From the NCBI GenBank assembly GCA_040954595.2, contig CM082584.2:5026110-5090109 (forward strand): DNA of 64,000 bases, given 5' to 3'. Under the pieces are notes generated by a model that made no database searches, had not been told where the DNA came from, and was given only the letters and a program-made list of their open reading frames with translations. This stretch comes from Balanoglossus misakiensis. Lineage: Eukaryota > Animalia > Hemichordata. The translations under genes and the position numbers were made by a program. Below, piece after piece: positions 1-10,100 of the stretch (position 1 is the first letter of the stretch; every line of letters begins with the position of its first letter).

Positions 1-699
1 CCAGACAACTTTCAAGAAGTGAAAGTCGAGACTGATGAGGCAAAAGTCAAATACCAATCATCGGCCTCGAAGACAAACGAGAAATCACACTCCAAATCAC
101 TTGATTCAACATAAAAAATCGGAATGTATGACACGGCAAAATGAAAGTTGAACTGTCAAAGACGCCGCCCGACGTGTGAAGGAATCAAAGGTCCTGGTTG
201 CTAACGAGTGAAAGGCATTGTTTTTCTCGCTTATGTGACCCGGATTTCGTGATTTTGTGATACAAGGATGATTCTTAGTTTTACTGATAATTGATTGACG
301 GTGCTGTTCTTCCAATGACTGTCCAGTACGTATTTGCATAATGTGAACCTTGACCATGTGTACGGCGCCCTCATGAGGCAAAGAGGTACAACCGTTCTCT
401 TTGCTATCTTGGCTGCGATGAGTAGGTTGGTAACTTTTTGTCACTCTTTGAAATCGCTCATAAAAGTGTTCAGTCGTCGACATCCACTTCTATTATTGAG
501 ATGTAATGATGTATTAGTGTCACACGAACAGTCAACTGTAATAATTTGGAAGAATGTTTAATGATTCAGTGATTTTTTTCGAGCTTTTATTCAGAGTTGA
601 TGAAAGTACAATGAACAGTCACATGCGTTACAGTGTACTGCCATGGTCAAACAATACTTGGACATTTAGTTATAGTTATCGCCTGTTGGAAATATGTGA

Positions 700-1080
700 A
701 TATTGGATTATAACAGTATTTCACGCAGCGACACTACTACCGATCATCGAAGATGTTGTGTGTACCCGGCTCCATTATCCATTCGGATCAATGGGCCACG
801 TGTATCAACAATTATCAAACGATGATCGGTTCACGTATGCTTCGATCGGTGAATCACGGCCGGCACTTCGCCACGACCCTGTAACCGGTGTTCACACGCA
901 AGCCGTAGTCGAGAGTTACTGGAACAAGGCCATGGCGAAGCTGAAGAGGATGAATGGTGTGTCCAAGGAAATACTGCCGGGTGATTTGGATGAGTTTAAT
1001 GTGGCGGGAGAGGTACGGGCGAGCAAAGGAGGATGCGGTGCGCAATATTTTGAGGGGTATTGCCGAGCAGTATCCCTTGC
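700..1080 (+). mobile_element. Decayed Merlin/IS1595 (ISXO2-like) DDE transposase fragment
   Basis: Frameshifted motifs AATLLPII, IHSDQW, DPVTGVHTQAVVESYWNKA..KLKRMNGV, LDEF/MWRERY are typical of the ISXO2-like domain. Confidence 0.8.
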
Positions 1081-1520
1081 CCTAAGAAAAGAGATACCGA
1101 TACAAAACAAACAGTCCTTTTCAGGACCATTTTTACATCCTCCAAAAAGAGATATACCGTTAACTGTTACGAAGGTACTACGAATGCACAGAATTTAAAT
1201 ATCAGTGGTGGATAAACAATAAGGGTGTTCGTCATTAACATAGCATTAGCAGTAGAGGTACACCTGGGTATTTTGAATATTACGTAAGGGTTTTGATTTT
1301 TTGACTCTGGGCAACGGCAGTCAAGTGGCGTGAGCCGAACAGAAAACAGAGAAGTTGCACTCGGCCATGAGCGACGGGGACTGGTATCCTGTAATCCACG
1401 TGCAAGCTCGACGTTGAAGTTCAGCTGTTGGTTTGAATTCAGCGTTGCTCTCGGACTTAAAATGCAAGTCTACACCAGCAACTGTAAATTAATTTAACTA
1501 ATTTTTTGTTTTTGTTTCAG

Positions 1521-2480
1521 GCAAAGAGGAGAATAAAGCAACTGAGCTAGGGAATGAGGACTTCAAAGGATCCAATGGTTGGCTTGAGTCATTCCGGAAA
1601 CGCCACAACATTGTGTTCGGAAAGATGAGCGGGGAAAGTGGAGATGTGTGTAATGAAGTTGTCTTCGAATGGACAGAGCGCCTACCAACCATCTGTGAAG
1701 GTTACCACCCCAGAGACATTTACAACATGGACGAAACTGGTCTCTTCTTCTGAAGCACGTCGGACATGAGCCTGTACATCAAAGGCGAGGATTGTAGTGG
1801 TGGAAAGAAGTCCAAAGAACGGTTGACTCTGATGTTATGTGCCAACATGAAGGGAGAGAAGGAAAGGCCACTCATCATCGGCAAATCAAAGAATCCCGGC
1901 TGCTTCAAATTCAAGAACATTGAGCCTAAGACTCTCTCAATATCATACTATGCGAACAAGAAGGCATGGATGAAATCGGCTATTTTTGAAGACTGGCTTC
2001 AGAAGTTCGACAGAAAACTCGGCAGACAGAAGAGAAAGATTCTCCTTTATTGGACAATGCCACATGCCACCCTACTATTCCGCTGAAGAACATCAAGCTC
2101 CAGTTCTTTCCACCCAACACAACCTCCAAACTACAGCCAATGGACCAGGGGATTATCCAGGCATTGAAGCTAAAGTACAGGAAGAAGCAGCTGAAGCACA
2201 TCATTGGTAAGATGGACCAGGAGAAGACGGCATGCAGCTCGGCAATGGTGAAGTCCACCAACGTGTTGGAGGCCATCTACTGGGTGCAGCGTTCCTGGCA
2301 AGATGTGGATTCTTCCCCTGTGATGAAGAGGTTTCTGCGTTCTGGGTTTGGTGATGGGGAGTGTGTTGCCGATGTTTCTGCAGAAACGTCTGATGGTGAA
2401 AATCTGGAGGCTGTTGCACAGGAACTGTTTGGATGTTCCATTCAGGATTTGGTGGACATTGATGACAGTTTGGTCACTTG
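1521..2480 (+). mobile_element. Tigger/pogo (CENP-B-like, DDE_1) transposase pseudogene
   Basis: FKGSNGWLESFRKRHNI, IYNMDETGLFF followed by an in-frame TGA (~1750), GGKKSKERLT, NKKAWM, a frameshift near 2047, then DNATCH and PPNTTSKLQPMDQGII. Confidence 0.92.
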
Positions 2481-2499
2481 CCAAAGCAGCACAATTCAA

Positions 2500-3580
2500 G
2501 GTACATCTCAAGACATGTTTACAAGCAACTATATGTTCACTCCGACAAGTAGTCACAGATTGAGTGCCGATCCCAAAACTGACTCATCCCTTGAACTTCA
2601 ACAATGGGCAGCTGGTAACAGCATTAACTCCTATACTCTGGCGAAATTGGACGCCGCTGGATTTATTCGACCTATCCTCAGTTCAACTCTGCAATAAGAA
2701 CCACGGCAACCTGACGCATACGGTAACGACGTTCAGCCACAAATCCAGCAGACGCCCCTGAACTCTGTCTTAAACTCAATTTTACATTTGAACTCACAAT
2801 CGAACTCGAATACACATAACTATGCACAGGGTACCTTACAGGCGGATCTAGATCCGCTGGTGTATGTCCAGACACGGCAACAAGATGAGAACAAATACGC
2901 AGACATTGTCGACTATCTGTCGATTTTCGATAGAGTTAAGCAACAGCATGTAATTAGTACTGGGGAAAATGGCACCAGGTTAATCCTGGAGTCAGACACA
3001 CACAAAACCCGCTTAAAATCAGTTACTCCCACACAGTGGATTGGGGCCAATGCTCGCATTAAGTACGACCTTATCCACAAAGGGTCCCTTAAGTCAAATG
3101 CAGTGCTAAATTATCTTGCTTATACAGACAAAATCTCCCAACTGGAGGTCCGTTTCACGTGGGTGTCGGTTCTACTTTATGATCGCCAGTATAGACAACT
3201 CCAAGCCGTCGATAAATTTCCCTGGGGAATTAGTGACATCCCACATCTGACTACGGTCAGTTTGAAAGAGAAAGTGCCATTCTCATGTCAAACATGAACA
3301 AACATGCTGCATCACCAAGACACGGGAGAAGCCAGGTCCACCAACCACTACACCTGCCCATATTGATTGTCAGACAGGTAGACCTATTTGCATAGGTTTT
3401 AATAGGGGTACTGCAAATTTGGATCTTCCTGCACCTTTGTGCATGTCTGTTTAGAAGCTTCTTGCCGTAAACCTCATCCAGAGTCTACTCATGATTCAGC
3501 TACTTACATCGTAAAAAAGTAGTTTCTGAATCGACACCAATTTTAGCACCCAGCCCTGCACTTAATTTACATATTTGGTA
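2500..3580 (+). mobile_element. DIRS-like (tyrosine-recombinase retrotransposon) gag fragment, truncated at the start of pol
   Basis: QWIGANARI...YLAY..KI..L...FTWVSVLLYDRQYRQLQA...FPWG, followed by a CCCH-type finger ICIGFNRGYCKFGSSCTFVHVC...CRKPH (~3385-3490). ORF is broken. Confidence 0.75.
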
Positions 3581-3694
3581 AGAGGAACTTACGCACGACG
3601 AGTTTTCTCCTTAAAGGTATCAGAGAGAGTTCAAACTTTTTTGTTTTCCATTAAATCTTTATCTTTAAATAAGGCTGATAAAGAAGGTGTGCCT

Positions 3695-3887
3695 TTAAAG
3701 GTATTCGGTCACCTATGGAAATTTAGCTACAGTTACCATGGCAAATTGAGATCTAGCCAATCACAGATTTTCAGTGGTTGGCACAAGTGAAAAAAAGAGC
3801 GCCACCATATGTTCTTTAGAACACTCAGATATGCCAATTTTGCCATTTATGGACATTCGTAAATTGCAGGTGACTGTGTACCTTTAA
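3695..3887. mobile_element. Kolobok-like MITE (TTAA TSD)
   Basis: TTAA|AGGTATTCGGTCACCT ... AGGTGACTGTGTACCT|TTAA; second copy at ~7511-7695. Confidence 0.7.
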
Positions 3888-4164
3888 GGTCACGCGTAAA
3901 TAATGTTTGACATGCTGTAGAATACTTAATTTTCACTGGGATTTTATTTTCACTTTTTGCTGGACTCCTTTTCCCGCTTAAATGAAATCCCAGTAAAAAT
4001 TCTTATTTTCTATTCTTTGCACCTCAGCTGACAAGAAATAGTGAAAATAAAATCTCAGTAATAATGCTGAAAACAAAAAAAGTAAATATAATATTTACTT
4101 TTTTTGTTTTCAGCATTATTTTCCAGTGAAAATTCCAAAGTTATATAGTATTTGGAAAACTCAC

Positions 4165-7100
4165 GTAATGCACAGTTATTGCTCTGGTCGTCTTTCTTGG
4201 ACTTCAGTAATCTATTCAAGTCTTGAATGTTATCTTTGGTCATGAAGTCACCTGCACAAATAATGAAAATGTTTCAAGACATAAACAAAGTATCACTCAG
4301 TCAGTAAGTTACTACTTTAGCAATTATTGCATAATTATATACTGCTGACAACAATATAAAAAAATAGCGTCAAGGACACTGTGGTCCCATTTGAGGACAT
4401 AGCAAATAGCAACATAGCAATGGATGGCAAGATATGGAAAAGTAGGTCAAAGGTCACCTGAGGTCATGCAAAATTTGGGCAAGAAATTTTGACCCTATAC
4501 TGGTCCAAGTTGAACAAAAACCAAACCTATAGCCCTATTGGTTAGCCTTTAATTAGGTATGCACATAATTAATGAGATATGCAGGTGTCACAGGTGACCC
4601 ATATTTTGGCTTTTCAATTTTAGTCCCAACCCTCCAAACGCGAAGTCTGTATCTGCTCTGGATGCCAAGATATGATAAAGTAGGTCAAAGGTCACCTGAG
4701 GTCATGCAAAATTTGGGCAAGAAATTTTGACCTTATACTGGTCCATGTTCAATAAAAACCAAACCTATAGCCTTATTGGTTAGCCTAGGATTAGGTATGC
4801 ACATAATTAATGAGATATGCAGGTGTCACAGGTGACCCCCAATTTTGGCTTTTCAATTTTAGTGCCAACCCTCCAAACGCCAAGTCTGTACCTGCTCTAG
4901 ATGCCAAGATTTGGTAAAGTAGGTCAAAGGTCACCTAAGGTCATGCAAAATTTGGGCAAGAAATATTGACCCTATACTGGTCCATGTTCAACAAAAACCA
5001 AACCTATAGCCTTATTGGTTAGCCTGGAATTAGGTATGCACATAATTAATGAGATATGCAGGTGTCACAGGTGACCCTCAATTTTGGCTTCTCAATTTTA
5101 GTGCTAATCCTCCAAACGCCAAGTCTGTACCTGCTCTGGATGCCAAGATATGGAAAAGTAGGTCAAAGGTCACCTGAGGTCATGCAAAATTTGGGCAAGA
5201 AATTTTGACCCTATACTGGTCCATGTTCAACAAAAACCAAACCTATAGCCCTATTGGTTAGCCTGGAATTAGGTATGCACATAATTAATGAGATATGCAG
5301 GTGTCACAGGTGACCCATATTTTGGCTTTTCAATTTTAGTCCCAACCCTCCAAACGCCAAGTCTGTACCTGCTCTGGATGCCCAGATATAGGAAAGTAGG
5401 TCAAAGGTCACCTGAGGTCACCCAAAATTTGGGCAAGAAATTTTGACCCTATACTGGTCCATGTCCCACAAGAACGAAACCTCTAGCCCTATTAATTAGC
5501 CCGGAATTAGGTATGCACATAATTAATGTGTTAAGCAGGTGTTACAGGTGAGCCCAAAAATTTGCCTTTTATTTTGGCCCCATTGTGCTCACTGGCCAAT
5601 AGACAGTCACTGTACAGGACTATTGCACAGACCAGAATTCCACAATAAGACGTGGACATAGCTTAACCATAGAGGTATAAGTAAAGGTATAAATTTAATA
5701 AAAAGACTAAAAAATTCATAAAAAATAAAACATCCATGATATCAACTTAACACTTACAGGTCGGTGTGAGGTTGACATAAGGTACATACATATCAATTTT
5801 CAAAGCAATCTGACCAGTAATTGTTGACTTACAGAGTTTTGATCAATTTCACATTTTACAAGCTAATTTGCATATTTTTGGGCCTGGCAACTTCGTTTGG
5901 ACAAACTCCCATCTACAGCCCAGCCTGCACCTACACACCAAATATTGAGGTGATACGCGCAGCGGTTTTCAAGTTTTTGATGTGGACGGACATACAGACA
6001 TACATCCATACATCCATACATCCATACATCCATACATCCATACATCCATCCATCCATACATACATACAGACGCAACCCATCCCATAAGGTCCCATGGTAT
6101 ATAGGCCTATACCAATGGGACCTAACTAGTATTTTTCATGTCTGATTTGTAAATGAAATAAATAAAAGTCCCTCTAGTCTTTGAAAAGTAACAAGATATT
6201 CCAAATAAACACATTGCGAGAAGCATGTGCTATTTCACTGTGCAGCTAAAAGCAATCACTTGTGCCACATGGCACATATCTAAGTTGTTTATATTTCATT
6301 ACGAAATCCCTAACATTCTTGTGTTCTTTGCACATCCTTACAATAGACTTCCTTGAGTGCCATTGAATTAAACCTTTGTAACGCATGAAGTACAACTACT
6401 CCAAACCCAACATCATGCAAACCAGATCCGACAAAACTACTCCAAGGATGGGCTGATTGAATATAGAGGCACAGAAGACCCTGCGTTCAGTACCTGCCCT
6501 GCCTAACCCAACCTAACCTAATTTTACTTCTAATGATTACCATATTAACTGGCTGCACTGACCTCTTTTAGTCTCTGTGATAAGTATGCCACTTCTCTCA
6601 ATAATCTGTCGTAATTTCTTCATTTCTACGCTGGTATCTCCAGACGGCAGAACACATTCTTTAGGTCCAATCTGAATTAGCAATGCCTGTTGGAAAATAA
6701 AATCATCAGAATTTATTAGATTCACAGCCAGCATAAAGCACATACCGGTATACTGGTACAGCAGTTATGAGCATCTGGGTATACTGTCTACCCTGGAGAC
6801 AAATGTTTTTATAAGTCAATACACTCATACAACAAGAAACAATTTCCTGATGAGTAAACATTATTTCTACTAATAACACCGTGACAGTCAGTTCAACGAT
6901 CAAGTAGTGTTTCATCTAGACAGGGGGATGGGGGGATTCACCCCTATTGACATGTTGGCACCTCCTAACAATTTGTCAAGGGGGGACCAGTGCCCCTTAA
7001 AATGATGTCACTCACATGACTAGAACATGTATATTTCCTAGTTTTCAGTACCTGTATACTGTAATACTGAACAAGGTGGCTAGCTGCGTCATTCAATTTC

Positions 7101-10100
7101 CCATTCTTAGTTTTTTACCATATCCAATTGTATTCAGGGGAAATGTACAGGACAAGATTGACATTGATCTTACCTCTAAATTGGAAAACTGTTCGTTATC
7201 AGGAAGCTCACAGATCCCAAGTTCTTTGAGTGTGACATCGGCATAAGCAACCCCAACCACCCTCTGTCCATTATCACTCGCTAATTTGACAGATATAACA
7301 CTGGCTGATGATGACATGTCATTTCCTCCAAAGAGCACATCTTCGAACTGAGTCAAGTTACCAGGAGATGCCTAGAGCAAGATTCACAGAACATTAACCC
7401 TTTTAGAGAGACAAGTTAAGTCAAGTGCACATAAGTCCACATTTATTTGCATTTTAAGGCCTCTGACCCGTATACAAGTATACGTATTTGTCCAATGACT
7501 TTCACAAAGGTTAAAGGTATACGGTCACCTATGAAAATTTAGCTACAGTTACCATGGCAAATTGAGATCTAGCCAATCCCAGATTTTCAGTGGGTGGCAT
7601 ACATGAAAAATTAGCGCCACCTTTAGAACACCGAAATACGCCATTTCAGCCATATATGGGTGTATGTAAATTTGAGATGACCATGTACCTTGAAAGCCCT
7701 ACTAACCATTTTTTGCATTATTTTCATGATTTTATTTTTAAAATTAGAGTGGTCCATATAAATGAGCTCACTAATAGGTACACGTACATTGTATACTCAA
7801 CCACTGTCAACATTAGTTTCGCACACCTACATACACAAGTGCAATACAATGCACATATTTTCCATGTATGTTTTAAGGTTACAGAATGGACTGCTTGCAA
7901 TACTGAAAACAAGCAAAGCAAAGAACTAGTAATACAACAGCAAGATTACCTTGTACTCTAAGGTCCAATCATTAGACTTCCCAACACATTCTTTCTTGTA
8001 AACTTCTACTCGATACTGTCTCACCAATAACAGCTCTCTCAACAAAGATTCAAAATTCATCTTACTGAGGACAACAGATTCAAGCGCGTCATTGCCTGTG
8101 AAGAATCAAATTAAGAAACAAGTTAGTGATGACTCAGTCTTCCAGTCGTAGCCAGTTCAAAAGATAATTCACCATCATGTTATTATCTTAGCAGAGTATC
8201 TAGCTGTAAGGGAGAAGTTTGGTTTTATATCTTGCCTTGATATTTCACCAACATAATATCTATGTTACAGAGGTGATATTGTGAAGACAGGTTTGGTTTA
8301 CTGGTCCTGACAATCAAAATATTACCCTAATTTACTAGTTTTTAATTTCCAGCCGTGCATTATACAACCATAAGTCATGGTAAACCGACAGAAAGAAATT
8401 GCCTGAAACTATGCCTCCTCATTGGTCCAAGTATAAGTAGATGTTATGCGGAAAAAAAACACAAGCCGGGATTCTAGACAAATATAGTTGCATGGTTACC
8501 TTTTCCTAGTTTTTTAATAACACCCATTGTTTTAAAGACTTCCTTTGCAGCAAACAGGGCATCATTTCCGTGACAAGTGTAATAGTCCTGCAACCAAAAG
8601 AAATTGCATCAAAAAGTCATTGTCAATAACACAATTGAAAATTACAATAAACTTTTCATGTGATCTTATGTTTTGGAAAATAGCTATAACAAGGAAGTAG
8701 CTGGCCTTGTAGTGACCAAGTTGTCATATGAGAGAGACAGGGCAAAATTGGAAGAGTTTGGTGGTCATATCGACGTATCGAGTGCCTGGACGAAGTCGAT
8801 TCTTCAAAAGAATGGACTTTGTGCGGCGTAAGGGTACGAAGGGCATGAACGGCTACCGGATGATTTTGACACATTGAGGGCGGCGGCTTTCATCGACCGC
8901 GTACAGAAAGTTCGAGGTGACTTTTCCATCCCAGAAGAAATGGTTGTGAATTGGGATCAGACGGGCATCAGTTTACTTCCTGGGGGGTGAGTGGACACTG
9001 GAGGAGAGGGAAAGGAAGCAGATCATGATATCGGGCCTTGACGACAAGCGGCAGATAACAGTTCTACTGGGAGTATCGATGGCTGGTCAGCTACATGTAC
9101 TACCACCGCAAGTTATTTACGCTGGCAAGACCGACCGATGTCATCCCAATGTCAATTTTCCAGCCAACTGGGACTTGAGACCCACATCGCATCACACTGG
9201 AGCAACGAGGCATCGATGATCCAGAACGTTCAGAAGATCATCATCCCGTACTTAGCAGATCAACGGCAGAGACTATAAGGTCTATCTCCTGTCAAGAAAG
9301 CACTGGTGATGTTCGACATCTACAAGGCTCATCGCGGTGAGGAACTTCGCAAGATCCTCGAAGAAAACCCGACAAAGTCGTGTTTATCCCAGCTGCGTGC
9401 ACATAAGCTAAAACCTCTAGATCTGTCAGTCAACAAGGAGTACAAAGAAGCCCTCAAGTCCTGCTTCAATGCCTGGTATGCTGAGAGAGTTATGGAAACT
9501 CTCGAAGGAAATGAAGAAAATGAAGGCAACAACATCAGCGTAGTGGTGCCACAGATTGATCTGCGAACATTGGTCATCAAACCTATCCATGAGAGAAGGA
9601 TTGTCAGCTGCCATGATGAAATCACTCGTCCGACTCCCAATGGTTTCATTTTTTTTTTGCATCGTAAGTGTATGTATGCCAGAGCAAACTATATTATCCG
9701 CAACTTCAGTCATTGTTCGTATGAAGTCGAAAATGTTCTTTTCAGAACTTTCATGTACAGTGTTTATTGCCTAAATATCTGGAGTGATTATAGTGTTAAG
9801 AAGATGAATACTCTGCGAGTTGCTCACAATAATTGTATGAGAATCACATTTCAACTTAAATTTGCCTGTAGTGTTAGCAACACCTGTGCGCAGAGAAGCA
9901 TTCTGAATTTTACTTCACTTCAACGCCAGGCTCTTTTTAAATTCAGGGCTCGTCTGATGGAAAGTGGGAACTTTTTAATTCGTAGTTTTAACGAATCTGA
10001 CTCGTTGCTCTTTTCATCCTTGTGGAGACATTTTAGAAATGTCATGTATAGATAAGTTTCCAGATTGCCTCTAAATGTCTGGGATACAAGACCACTGAGG

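Larger units (their letters stand above)
4365..6125 (-). mobile_element. Helentron-associated (HINE/DINE-1-like) non-autonomous element with internal tandem repeat
   Basis: On - strand: 5' hairpin GGTCCCATTGGTATA..TATACCATGGGACC, a (GTAT/GGAT)n microsatellite, a core, tandem repeats, a 3' subterminal repeat AATGGGACC, a short hairpin and a T-run. A related 5' half occurs at 59134. Confidence 0.65.

Noticed and set aside
106-561. ORFs at the window start as the next MSH2 exon
   Set aside because: No similarity to the expected PEME..A..LSA.IK.LEL segment; the next exon is probably outside the window.
2050-2697. 215-aa ORF as a host gene
   Set aside because: Chance in-frame fusion of the Tigger C-terminus to a DIRS-gag fragment; the upstream transposase has a stop and a frameshift.
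4421-5560. Regular repeats as a CRISPR-like array
   Set aside because: Whole 239-bp units repeat with no unique spacers; eukaryotic context with no cas genes.
9306-10055. 249-aa ORF, the longest in the track
   Set aside because: Chimera of a decayed pogo DDE fragment and a LINE ORF2 tail.
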